Assembly (NCBI GenBank): GCA_017601265.1
Contig: JAFNJA010000005.1
Coordinates: forward strand, 1 to 33,013
Direction of reading: 5' to 3'
DNA: 33,013 nucleotides
Source of the DNA: Candidatus Brockarchaeota archaeon
GTDB taxonomy: Archaea; Thermoproteota; EX4484-205; DTQO01
In this document: piece by piece, positions 17,729-26,451 of the stretch
How the letters are laid out: each line of letters starts with the position of its first letter
Position numbering within the stretch: the first letter of the stretch is position 1
Made by a program: the position numbers and the translations under genes
The notes under the pieces: generated by a model
Database searches by the model: none
Seen by the model: the letters and a program-made list of their open reading frames with translations, nothing else
Told to the model about the DNA's origin: nothing

Positions 17729-18214
17729 TCAGGCTAGGTGGCCGAGTTGCGCCCTGTCGAAGTCCCTCACGATCTCGAATTCCCCGGTGAACCTGCTTTT
17801 TACGCCGGCGAACTCCGGAAAGAACGCCAACGGGCCTGGGGGGGAGCACATCCTCGCCGACGCGTGGCTTTCCCCGAACGACTTCCTCGCGACGTTCAGC
17901 GCGATCCGCCTCGCCTCCGCTTCGTCGACGTAGCCCAGCGAGTGGAGGTACTCGTGGAGGAGGACGCTGTAGACGAAAGCGTTCTTCTCCCTCCGCGTCC
18001 TGGGGCTTTTCTCGACCGCTTCCAGCAGAGCCTTGTTGACCACTATCGAATTCGAACCCACTTGGTGGAAAGCCCCGACGTTGGCGGGAAGGTTTGCGAG
18101 GTAGAGGGACAGCCCCGCCCTGCGCCTCCCAATTACTTGGTAGACGGACCTCTTCACGATCTCGAAGACATCCCCGAAGTCCTTGCACCTGTCCAGCTCT
18201 TCGGCCAGCGCCAA
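17729..18214 (-). CDS. Small putative zinc metalloprotease with a single HExxH motif (SprT/Wss1-like zincin candidate).
   Basis: 161 aa. TTG start is preceded by GGGGAGGGG at -8. SIVVNKALLEAVEKSPRTRREKNAFVYSVLLHEYLHSLGY contains the HExxH. It is the last gene of the cdc48 operon. Confidence 0.6.
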   Translation of the reverse strand: MALAEELDRCKDFGDVFEIVKRSVYQVIGRRRAGLSLYLANLPANVGAFHQVGSNSIVVNKALLEAVEKSPRTRREKNAFVYSVLLHEYLHSLGYVDEAEARRIALNVARKSFGESHASARMCSPPGPLAFFPEFAGVKSRFTGEFEIVRDFDRAQLGHLA

Positions 18215-18238
18215 TCCGAACCCCTCCCCGAAGCGCGG

Positions 18239-18661
18239 TCAACCGCCCCTCCTGAGCTCCCTTTCGATCTCTTCCATCACCCTGCGCGTCGCCGCGCACA
18301 TCAGGATGCTGGCGAACCCGAGCCGCGAAAGCCTGTAGTGGACGTTCCGGGGGTGCCTCTCCACCCTCTCAACCAAATCGTTCTTGATCATCTTCTGCAA
18401 GGCGTCGTAGATTATCTTCTGGTTGGCGTCAAGCTCCTCCATCAGGTCCGTGAACCTCGGATCCGATCTCTTGGTTATCTCGCAGAGCATCTTGATCCTC
18501 GTCCTGTTCGAGTAGAGGTCGTGGAGAGCCTCTATTTCGCCTATCTCCTCCTCTATCTCCTCCATCTCCTCTTCGAGCCTTTTTTGGTCCCAGTCGTGCA
18601 TCCCGAGTGGCATCTCGAAGATGACCTTGTCGTCCTTTACCAGCTGGAGCTTCAGTCCCAT
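18239..18661 (-). CDS. ArsR-type winged-helix DNA-binding protein with an N-terminal extension and an acidic helix.
   Basis: 140 aa. The C-terminal half (LYSNRTRIKMLCEI...FTDLMEELDANQKIIYDALQKMIKNDLVERVERHPRNVHYRLSRLG) fits an ArsR/wHTH. The N-terminal 55 aa include EEEMEEIEEEIGEIE. The ATG lies 10 nt after the cdc48 stop. Confidence 0.7.
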   Translation of the reverse strand: MGLKLQLVKDDKVIFEMPLGMHDWDQKRLEEEMEEIEEEIGEIEALHDLYSNRTRIKMLCEITKRSDPRFTDLMEELDANQKIIYDALQKMIKNDLVERVERHPRNVHYRLSRLGFASILMCAATRRVMEEIERELRRGG

Positions 18662-18671
18662 CTTTCTCGAC

Positions 18672-20918
18672 CTAGACCAGCTCGACCGTTTTGAGCGCTT
18701 CGGTCCTGCCCTTCTTGGCCGTTTGCCCGATCATCGCTTCGTACCTCGCCCTTTCCTGCGGCGTCGAGACCCTCACCTTGCTCATCGCCTGCTCGATGTG
18801 CCTCAAAGATATCTTTAGGCTTCCCAGGTTTTCTTTCGCGTTTTCCGGAGTCCCAGACCGAGCCAGCAGCTCCCTTATCGCAAGGAGGCCCGCCTCGTTG
18901 CACACCTCCTCGATGTCAGCCCCGCTGTACCCGTCCATCCTCTTCGCGAGCTCCGAGATGTCAACGTCGACGTCGAGGGGCTTGTTCCTCAAATGTATCC
19001 TCAGGATCTCTTTCCTGGACTCGAGGTCCGGCCAACCCGTCGTGAGCACCTTGTCGAACCTGCCCGCCCTGAGCAGGGCCGGATCTATCATGTCCGGCCT
19101 GTTCGTCGCCCCTATGACAACCACGCCCCTCAGCGATTCCAGGCCGTCCAGCTCCGTCAGGAGCTGGCTTATGACGCGCTCCGTGACGCCGGAATCTCCG
19201 AACCGCGATCCCCTCGTGGGAGCTATCGCGTCTATCTCGTCGAAGAAGATTATGCAGGGCGAGGCCTGCCTCGCCTTCCTGAAGATCTCCCTCACGCCCC
19301 TCTCGCTCTCGCCCACCCACTTGGAGAGGAGCTCGGGCCCCTTGACCGAGATGAAGTTCGCCTCCGACTCGGTCGCGAGCGCCTTCGCGAGCAGGGTCTT
19401 GCCCGTTCCGGGCGGGCCGTAGATCAGTATCCCCTTCGGTTGCCTTATGCCCGCCTCTTTGAAGAGCTCCGGGTACTTCAAAGGCCACTCTATCGAGGAG
19501 ACGAGCTCTTGCTTGACCGCGTCCAAACCGCCGATGTCCGACCAACGGACGTTCGGGGACTCGATCATCACCTCCCTCATCGCCGAAGGTTCGACCTCCT
19601 TCAGGGCTTCTTCGAAGTCCCGCATCTGGACCACGATCTTGTTCAAAACCTCGGCCGGGATGCTTTCAACCTCCAGGTCGAGCTCCGGTAAAACCCTCCT
19701 AAGGGAGCGCATCGCAGCCTCCTTCGCCAGGGCCTCCAAGTCCGCGCCGACGAAGCCGTGCGTTATGTCTGCCAGCCTCTTCAGGTCGACGTCCTTGCCA
19801 AGCGGCATGCCCCTCGTGTGGATCTGCAGTATCTCGAGCCTTCCAGCCTTGTCGGGAATCCCTATTTCGATCTCCCTGTCGAACCTGCCCGGCCTCCTGA
19901 GAGCGGGATCGAGGGCGTTGACCCTGTTCGTGGCCCCGATCACGACGACCTTTCCCCTCGCTTGCAGGCCGTCCATCAGCGCGAGCAGCTGCGCCACGAC
20001 CCGCTTCTCGACCTCCCCCGTGACCTCCTCCCTCTTGGGCGCTATGCTGTCAAGCTCGTCGATGAAGATTATGCTGGGGGCGTTCTCCTCAGCCTCCTTG
20101 AAGATCTCCCTGAGCCTCTGCTCGCTCTCCCCGTAGTACTTGCTCATGACCTCCGGGCCGCTTATGCTTATGAAGTGCGCGTTCGTCTCGTTGGCAACGG
20201 CTTTGGCGAGTAAAGTCTTGCCCGTTCCGGGCGGCCCGTGCAGCAGCACCCCCTTGGGCGCCTCGACGCCCAGCCTCTCGAAAAGCTCGGGGTGCCTCAG
20301 CGGGAGCTCCACCATCTCCCTGACCTTCTGTATCGCGTCCCTCAGGCCCCCTATGTCCTCGTACGTTATCCTCGGAACCGCCCTCGCCGTCGCCGCGTAG
20401 ACCTTCTCGCTGATCTTCATGACCGTGTCCTCGTTCACTATGACGGCGTCCGCCAAAGGCTGGTAGGCGGTCACGACGAGGTTTATGGCCCTGCCCATGA
20501 TCCTCACGGGGACGGAGTCCCCTTTCGCTATTATCCTTCCGGTGAGCATGTTCTTCACGTATTCCTCCCCGCCGACTATCCTCAGGGGTTCGGTGGGGGC
20601 CAGCGTGACGCTTTGCGCGTACTTCGCCGATATCTTCCTGATCCTGACCTTGTCGTCGATGCTCACGCCCGCGTTTTCCCTGATGTAGCCGTCTATCCTG
20701 ATCAAACCCTTGCCGGCGTCCCTCGGGTGGGCGGTCCAGCAGAGGGCGAAGGTGCGCCGCTTGCCGAAGATCTCGATCGCGTCGCCCGCCGATATCTTGA
20801 GCCTCTCGGCGACCTCGGGATCGATCCTCGCTATGCCCCGGCCGACGTCTATCGATATGGCCTCGGAGACCCTCAAAATCGCGTGGGGCGCTCCTTTCCT
20901 ATCGTACCCCTCGCTCAC
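18672..20918 (-). CDS. cdc48: CDC48/VCP/p97-type tandem AAA+ ATPase.
   Basis: 748 aa. The N-domain is [22 protein letters not shown]...[11 protein letters not shown]. There are two Walker A motifs ([17 protein letters not shown] and [17 protein letters not shown]) and two Walker B motifs ([16 protein letters not shown]). GTG start with GGAGG at -9. Confidence 0.95.
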   Translation of the reverse strand: MSEGYDRKGAPHAILRVSEAISIDVGRGIARIDPEVAERLKISAGDAIEIFGKRRTFALCWTAHPRDAGKGLIRIDGYIRENAGVSIDDKVRIRKISAKYAQSVTLAPTEPLRIVGGEEYVKNMLTGRIIAKGDSVPVRIMGRAINLVVTAYQPLADAVIVNEDTVMKISEKVYAATARAVPRITYEDIGGLRDAIQKVREMVELPLRHPELFERLGVEAPKGVLLHGPPGTGKTLLAKAVANETNAHFISISGPEVMSKYYGESEQRLREIFKEAEENAPSIIFIDELDSIAPKREEVTGEVEKRVVAQLLALMDGLQARGKVVVIGATNRVNALDPALRRPGRFDREIEIGIPDKAGRLEILQIHTRGMPLGKDVDLKRLADITHGFVGADLEALAKEAAMRSLRRVLPELDLEVESIPAEVLNKIVVQMRDFEEALKEVEPSAMREVMIESPNVRWSDIGGLDAVKQELVSSIEWPLKYPELFKEAGIRQPKGILIYGPPGTGKTLLAKALATESEANFISVKGPELLSKWVGESERGVREIFRKARQASPCIIFFDEIDAIAPTRGSRFGDSGVTERVISQLLTELDGLESLRGVVVIGATNRPDMIDPALLRAGRFDKVLTTGWPDLESRKEILRIHLRNKPLDVDVDISELAKRMDGYSGADIEEVCNEAGLLAIRELLARSGTPENAKENLGSLKISLRHIEQAMSKVRVSTPQERARYEAMIGQTAKKGRTEALKTVELV

Positions 20919-21066
20919 GACCGTTTCCTCCGAAAGTTTTTATGCCTTCCTTGCTGAATGAAGTAGCAACGCCAGGTTTTAACTTTATCTGAAACGCGGT
21001 CCGCAACCCTTTAGCAGCCTCTAGGCGCCCATATATAGGTAATTGGGACTTTTTATTATTGGAAAC

Positions 21067-22413
21067 CTAAAGGTTTTTCTTTACCAAGCCTGCGAAAAAT
21101 TCCATCCTGGATTCGGCTTCTTCCTCGCTCCTCGCCTCGGATAGGACGCGCACCAAGGGCTCGGTTGCCGAAGGCCTGACCAGGACCCACCAGCCGCTGC
21201 CGGAAACCCTTACGTCGTCCAGCACGTCCACCGCGCCCACCCGTTTGGCTTCCGCCTCGACCTTCGATAAGATCCTTTTCGCCTTCTCAGCCGGGCAGCG
21301 TACGCTCTCCTTCCTCAGGTGGAAGCGAGGGTATCGCTTCACGATTCTGGAGAGGCTTTCCCTCTCCCTCTTGAGCAAGCCCGACAGGAGGGCGAGGGCC
21401 AACGCGCCGTCCCTGGCAAGTTCGAACTCCGGCATAACAACGCCACCGCTGCTGCCCTCCCCGCCAATCTCCGATCCGACTTCTAGCATCGCCGACGCCA
21501 CGTTCCTTTCGCCCACGCCCGCCCTGATGATCGGGACGGAATGGTCCTGGCAGATCCGGTCAAGCAGCATCGAGGTCGCCCTGTTCACGACGACCGGGCA
21601 CTTGCGGAGGGAAAGGTAGTAGTCCACGGCCAATGCTAGGGTGTAGTCCTCCCTCAAGACCTCGCCGTCGTCCGTTACCAGGACGACCCTGTCCCCGTCG
21701 CAATCGAACCCGGCGCCAACGTCCGAGCCGGATCTCAATACCTCTTCGCGAAGTTCCGAGAGGTTTTCTGGGAGCGGCTCTATCGGCCTCTTGAAGGAAC
21801 CGTCCATCTCCCCGTTCAAAACCTCGGTCCTGCATCCCAGGCCTTCAAGCACCCGGGGTACGGCCAACGCGGAAGGGCCGTTCCCGGCGTCTATGACGAA
21901 CCTTAGCGCGCACTCCCTCGCGCCTAGGCCAAAGGCCAAGGAAATCGAATCCCTTACGTACGCCTCGAGGAGCCCCTTGTCTTCCTTAACCCGGGCAACG
22001 GAGTTCCGGGCTTCCCCTGCAGCCCTCGAGGGCGCGGCCCGCGCCTCCTCAGCGAGCTCCCTGAGCCTGGGCCCTTCCATGATCAGGCCTTCTCCAGTGA
22101 AGATCTTGATCCCGTTCCATTCAGGGGGGTTGTGGCTCGCGGTGACCATCACGGACGTGGAGACGTAGCGCTTCCTGACCGCGTGGGCCAAAACGGGCAC
22201 GGTGCAAAGCCCGGCGTAGGTGATCGAGGCCCTCGATTCAACCATGCCTTCCAGCAGCGCCGAGCAGATCGCTTGGCCGCTAGGCCTCGAGTCCCTCCCC
22301 AGGGCGACGGCGCCGGGAAGGCGGCTTCCCACGAGGCGGCCCAAGTTGGAGAAGAAAGCCTTCTCCTCCGCGGGTTTGAACACTCCCCTTATGCCTGACG
22401 CGGAAACTATCAA
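21067..22413 (-). CDS. Phosphoglucomutase/phosphomannomutase family protein (archaeal PGM/PMM or GlmM-like).
   Basis: 448 aa. The active-site loop is VTASHNPPEWNGIKIF. The metal loop is GFDCDGDR. The start is SASGIRG. TTG start is preceded by GGAGGAGGAGG. Confidence 0.88.
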   Translation of the reverse strand: MIVSASGIRGVFKPAEEKAFFSNLGRLVGSRLPGAVALGRDSRPSGQAICSALLEGMVESRASITYAGLCTVPVLAHAVRKRYVSTSVMVTASHNPPEWNGIKIFTGEGLIMEGPRLRELAEEARAAPSRAAGEARNSVARVKEDKGLLEAYVRDSISLAFGLGARECALRFVIDAGNGPSALAVPRVLEGLGCRTEVLNGEMDGSFKRPIEPLPENLSELREEVLRSGSDVGAGFDCDGDRVVLVTDDGEVLREDYTLALAVDYYLSLRKCPVVVNRATSMLLDRICQDHSVPIIRAGVGERNVASAMLEVGSEIGGEGSSGGVVMPEFELARDGALALALLSGLLKRERESLSRIVKRYPRFHLRKESVRCPAEKAKRILSKVEAEAKRVGAVDVLDDVRVSGSGWWVLVRPSATEPLVRVLSEARSEEEAESRMEFFAGLVKKNL

Positions 22414-22504
22414 GATTCCGCCTCCTCCTCGAGCGAAGGACGCAAGGATAAAGCTTGGCCGATCGGCGCCAAGCCGGTCGGTTCCGGGGAGCCCGATCCA
22501 ACGG

Positions 22505-23428
22505 CTAAAGCTTCTTGTAAAGTATCCAGTAGTTCCTGACGCCCCTTATCAGCGGCACGCGGGAGAAGAAGGAGAAATAGGATCCGCAAGGTATCGTGGC
22601 GCTCTTCCTCCCGTCCTCCCTCATGTTGGCAAGGGACTTGAAAAGCAGGACGGAACCGATTCCCTTCCTCCTCTCGCCCTCGACGACGCCGATCGGGCCG
22701 AACCAATCGAGCTCCAAGGCGCTGTAAGCGGCGAAACCAACCGTCTTGCCTTCCTTCGAGGCGAGCAAAACTGAGGGCGGGCTGTGCCTGAAGGCCTCAG
22801 AGACTTCGTGGGACCAAAGCGGGCCAAAGTTGGAATGGACCCATTCGGCCACCTCTTCCTTCTTGTCCTGCGAAGCGGTCGAGAAAGCGTACCCTTCCTT
22901 GGCGAGGTTGACCTCCCGCTCCAAAACGAGCGAAGGCGTCCTCAACCCTGCCAAGCACACTTCGCACTCGAGGCTCTCGCTGACCTTGCCGTAGCCGTGG
23001 TCGTAGAAGAACCTGATGAGGCCCTGGTACCTGACGTCGACGCCGGGCCAGAAGTACCAGCCTGCGAAATCGGAAACTCGGACGTCCTTCGCGCCCCTGG
23101 ATTTCAGGCCTTTTTCCACGTAAAGCAAAAGCCGGTCGGCAAGGCCGGTCCCTCCGTACCTCGGGTTGACGGCCGCCAGCTTGATCCAACCGTGCTCGTT
23201 GCCCGCCATCTCCTGGGGCGCTTTGGACCTTATGGCCCCGATCACGATCCCAACGGGCTCGCCTTCGTCGAGCGCGACGATGGTCAACTTCGGATCGAAG
23301 TTCGGATCGAGGATCGTGCACCTGCTTACGGTCCAAGGGGTCACGGCCTCGAATTCTAGCGACCTGTTCACGAGCTTTGCAACCTTGGCGACCAGGCCCT
23401 CGGTAAGGGGCGAGTACTCCATGAGCAT
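22505..23428 (-). CDS. GNAT-family N-acetyltransferase, apparently with two tandem GNAT folds.
   Basis: 307 aa. There are two acetyl-CoA-binding-like segments: VNPRYGGTGLADRLLLYVEKGLKSRG and VVEGERRKGIGSVLLFKSLANMREDG. Confidence 0.7.
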   Translation of the reverse strand: MLMEYSPLTEGLVAKVAKLVNRSLEFEAVTPWTVSRCTILDPNFDPKLTIVALDEGEPVGIVIGAIRSKAPQEMAGNEHGWIKLAAVNPRYGGTGLADRLLLYVEKGLKSRGAKDVRVSDFAGWYFWPGVDVRYQGLIRFFYDHGYGKVSESLECEVCLAGLRTPSLVLEREVNLAKEGYAFSTASQDKKEEVAEWVHSNFGPLWSHEVSEAFRHSPPSVLLASKEGKTVGFAAYSALELDWFGPIGVVEGERRKGIGSVLLFKSLANMREDGRKSATIPCGSYFSFFSRVPLIRGVRNYWILYKKL

Positions 23429-23545
23429 TTCTAAATGGGAAAACCGCCCACAAGCTTATCTGCATTTCCTAGCGATGCGCCAAGCTTTTATGGAAGCGGC
23501 TCGTTCCGAGCCCCCGGCTTGAAGCGGAAGAAAGAACCGGACGCG

Positions 23546-23959
23546 ATGAAGAAGAAATTCGCCGAAATCTTCATGGCCATCTACGCGAAGGATAACGCGA
23601 AAGCGGGCAGGATGCTTGAATGTCTGAAGCTCGACAGGGCGGACAAATACGCGCAGGCGTACGCGGACTCTGTCGCGGCGATGCTTAAGGCGAGGGAGGC
23701 CAACGGAGGCAGGTACTTCATCTCGAGCATCGGAGAAACGAGGCAGGATTTCGTGAAGGCCAGGGAGCTCCTGCAGGAAACGAGGAGGGCGCACGTTTTG
23801 GGCGAGGCGGATGCCGGCTACATTGCCGCCTGGCTGGATTACCTCGAAACCGTCATAGAATCCGGCCGCCTGCCGAGCAGGAGGGAATCAGACGGCGAAG
23901 GAAGAAAGGAGTATCCAGGTGAAGAGCCAGGAGAAGAAGAAACCTCCGATTCCCTTTAG
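23546..23959 (+). CDS. Hypothetical helical protein (137 aa).
   Basis: Internal ATG at 23546. The N-terminal 110 aa are protein-like and helical (MKKKFAEIFMAIYAKDNAKAGRML...AAWLDYLETVIESG). The tail is low-complexity and overlaps the convergent gene. Confidence 0.45.
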   Translation: MKKKFAEIFMAIYAKDNAKAGRMLECLKLDRADKYAQAYADSVAAMLKAREANGGRYFISSIGETRQDFVKARELLQETRRAHVLGEADAGYIAAWLDYLETVIESGRLPSRRESDGEGRKEYPGEEPGEEETSDSL

Positions 23960-24178
23960 GTAAAGCTGGCTTTCGCCTCCCACGTCCTCCGGCGCTATCT
24001 TGAACACGAGCCTAAAGACGTAGTACGTGGCAAGGTAGATGACCAGCGCTATGGAGATGGGCGTGAAAGAGCCAGGGACGCCCCGCCAAAAAAAGAAGAA
24101 TATAAGCCCCAAGGCGGTCCCTGCCGCCACCCTCCCCCAGTAAACCACTGAATCAGCCTTAAACCTGCCGCTCTCCAT
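23888..24178 (-). CDS. Small membrane protein (96 aa, about 3 TM), EMC6/Rab5ip-like by eye.
   Basis: Internal ATG at 24178. TM segments are AAGTALGLIFFFFW, ISIALVIYLATYYVF and GIGGFFFSWLFTWILLSSF. Confidence 0.6.
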   Translation of the reverse strand: MESGRFKADSVVYWGRVAAGTALGLIFFFFWRGVPGSFTPISIALVIYLATYYVFRLVFKIAPEDVGGESQLYLKGIGGFFFSWLFTWILLSSFAV

Positions 24179-24219
24179 GGGTGCGCACCTGCGAAGGGTG
24201 GTCGGAAATCCAGTCCGCA

Positions 24220-26139
24220 ATGACCAGCTTCGACGTCGCGGCCGTGGTGGAAGAGCTCGCCGGCAGGCTCGTTGGAGCGAGGGTCATGAACGTCTACCAT
24301 CTTGCGGACTCCCAAGCCGTCATATTAAGGTTGAGGCTCGAGGACCAGAAGGAGCTCCTCGTCCTCCAAGCCGCCAGGAAGGTTTGCCTCACCCAGTACG
24401 AAGTCGCCGTTCCAAAGGCGCCGTCCCAATTCGCGGCGCAGCTTAGGAGGGAGGTGAACGGCGGCGTCATAGAGGGGGTGTCCCAGCTGGGTTTCGACAG
24501 GATCGTTTCGATCAAGATCAGGGCGGGCGAGAGGCGTTTCGAGCTCTTGGCCGAGCTGCTTCCGAGGGGGAACGTGGTGCTGCTTGAAGAGGGCGTCATA
24601 AAGGCCGCCCTTTTCAGGAGGGCGATGAGGGACAGGAGGGTGTGGAAAGGCGAGAGGTACAAGCCGCCGCCTTCGAACACCCTGCACCCAGAGGAGCTGA
24701 GGCGCGAGGACCTGGCGGCTCTCCTTGATTCGGACGAGAGCGTCGGCAGGGTTCTCGCGAGAAGGCTCGGTTACGGCCCGCCTTACGCCGACGAGATCTG
24801 CATCAGGGCCGGAGTGGGGGCGGGAGAACCCGCGAGCGCGATGGGCCCGGAGGAAACGCGTAGGATACTGGATTCCGCGAGGAAAGTGTGCGCGATGGCG
24901 AAGGGGCGCGAGTCGCCCAGGATCTACAGGGATTCCAACGGCGTTCTCGTCGGGTTTTCGCCGTTCGAACTCCTTGCATACTCGCGGCATTCGCATGAAG
25001 AGTACGGGACGATGAACCAGTTGGTTGACGATTACTTTGCTGAATTGGAGGCGGCGGAAAAGCGGGCGATGAGGGAGAAAGCCAGGGCCGAGGATGAGGA
25101 GAAAAGGAGGGAATCGGTCAGGAGGCTCAAGGAAACCGCGGACGAGATGCTGCGGAGGGCGAAGTCGCTGAGGGAAGCCGGAAGCGCCTTGTTCGGCAAC
25201 CTGGGCGCGTTCCAGGAGGCGGTCGATTCGGCCAGGTCTGGAAAGGAGGCCGCTACCTTCGGGCCCGTCAAGCTGCTCGAGGCGACAGGCGGGAAGGAAG
25301 GGAAGCTTAAGGTGGATGTCTCCGGCAACGTGCTAGAATTCCCCGCGAACGCGGACGCGGCAAAGATCGCCTCTTCGCTGTTCGACGAAGCCAAAAGGCT
25401 GGAAAGGGACCGCGAGAAGTTGGCCGCGAAGATCGGGGAGCGGGAACGGATGGCCGGACGAGTGAAAGAGGAAACCGGGGCCGAGGCGCCGGTGAAGAGG
25501 AAGAGGAAGGCTTGGTACGAAAGCTACAGGTGGTTCACCTCCTCGGACGGAATCCTCGTGGTCTGCGCAAGGGACGCGTCCTCCAACGAAGCCCTGGTCA
25601 AGAAGCACTCCAAGCCGGAAAACCCGGTTTTCCACTCGGAAGTTACGGGAGCCCCTTTCGTCCTCGTGCAGGCGGATTCCGAAAAAGTCCCGCAAAGCAC
25701 GCTCGAGGAAGCGGCGCAGATGGCGGCAAGCTACACGACAAGGGCGTGGCAAGCGGGGTATTCTTCGCTGGACGTCTTCTGGGTAAGGGCCAGCCAGTTG
25801 ACGAAAACGCCCCCGTCGGGCGAGTACTTGGGGAGCGGGGCGTTCGTCGTCAGGGGGCGGAAGAATTACATCAGGGGTTCGCGGCTCATGCTCGCGGTTG
25901 GAGCGGTAAGGGAAGAAGGAGCCTTGAGGATCGTCGCGGCTCCCGAAAGGGCGGTTGCCAGCAAGACGGCCACTTACGTGAGGATCGCCCCTGGCAGTAT
26001 CGAGAAAAGGAAACTGGCCCAGATGGTCAAGGCAAGGCTCGTGGCGCTCGCCCCTTCGGATGAAAAAAGGGAGATCGAGGCCGTGCCAACGGGGGACATC
26101 TCGTCCATCATGCCTGGCAAGAGCGGGGAGATCGTTTAG
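24220..26139 (+). CDS. rqcH: NFACT-family ribosome quality control protein (RqcH/Rqc2/NEMF homologue, formerly FbpA-like/DUF814).
   Basis: About 639 aa from ATG 24220. The NFACT-N start is MTSFDVAAVVEELAGRLVGARVMNVY. A central coiled coil is rich in E/K/R. The NFACT-R/DUF814 region is WYESYRWFTSSDGILVVCARDASSNEALVKKH...VFHSEVTGAPFVLV. Confidence 0.85.
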   Translation: MTSFDVAAVVEELAGRLVGARVMNVYHLADSQAVILRLRLEDQKELLVLQAARKVCLTQYEVAVPKAPSQFAAQLRREVNGGVIEGVSQLGFDRIVSIKIRAGERRFELLAELLPRGNVVLLEEGVIKAALFRRAMRDRRVWKGERYKPPPSNTLHPEELRREDLAALLDSDESVGRVLARRLGYGPPYADEICIRAGVGAGEPASAMGPEETRRILDSARKVCAMAKGRESPRIYRDSNGVLVGFSPFELLAYSRHSHEEYGTMNQLVDDYFAELEAAEKRAMREKARAEDEEKRRESVRRLKETADEMLRRAKSLREAGSALFGNLGAFQEAVDSARSGKEAATFGPVKLLEATGGKEGKLKVDVSGNVLEFPANADAAKIASSLFDEAKRLERDREKLAAKIGERERMAGRVKEETGAEAPVKRKRKAWYESYRWFTSSDGILVVCARDASSNEALVKKHSKPENPVFHSEVTGAPFVLVQADSEKVPQSTLEEAAQMAASYTTRAWQAGYSSLDVFWVRASQLTKTPPSGEYLGSGAFVVRGRKNYIRGSRLMLAVGAVREEGALRIVAAPERAVASKTATYVRIAPGSIEKRKLAQMVKARLVALAPSDEKREIEAVPTGDISSIMPGKSGEIV

Positions 26140-26160
26140 GGCGATCGACTAAAGCTTAAA

Positions 26161-26451
26161 TTGCCGGGCGAAGATGAACTTCCAGGCGAAATGTCCGGGC
26201 ACCTGGCGGTCGGCGTCCTCCTCTTCGCGCTCAGCATCGCGATCATGCTCGTCTACGTGGCAGCTTCGATTGTTCCAAGCATCTTGGCAGCCCCGTTTGG
26301 AATCACCGCGGAGAAGCTGCAGTTCACCCTCGTCTTCGTCCCGGTCGCTTTGGCCATGATCGGGGTATCGATAGGCGTGGCTTACGTGGGTTACTCGATC
26401 GTGAAGGAGTCCCAGGAAAGGAAGGGGCCGGAAAAAGAGGAAAAGGGATGA
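26161..26451 (+). CDS. Small membrane protein (96 aa from TTG 26161, alternative ATG 26191).
   Basis: Two or three hydrophobic helices (LAVGVLLFALSIAIMLVYVAASIV, FTLVFVPVALAMIGVSIGVAYVGYSIV) and a charged tail. Starts 21 nt after rqcH. Its stop overlaps the next start (ATGA). Confidence 0.55.
   Translation: MPGEDELPGEMSGHLAVGVLLFALSIAIMLVYVAASIVPSILAAPFGITAEKLQFTLVFVPVALAMIGVSIGVAYVGYSIVKESQERKGPEKEEKG

Noticed and set aside
17738-18694. 318-aa plus-strand ORF spanning the HExxH and wHTH genes in antisense. Also the 305-aa minus-strand ORF 17382..18299.
   Set aside because: It crosses two independently supported genes and their SD-containing spacer. Composition is P/R/E-rich and off-frame-like.
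20878-20918. The absence of a C-terminal HbYX-type motif in Cdc48 (it ends ...KTVELV; the C-terminus is encoded at 18675-18695, while these coordinates mark the 5' start region), considered as evidence for a non-proteasomal role.
   Set aside because: Many archaeal Cdc48 paralogues vary at the C-terminus. Without an alignment this is too weak to support a claim.
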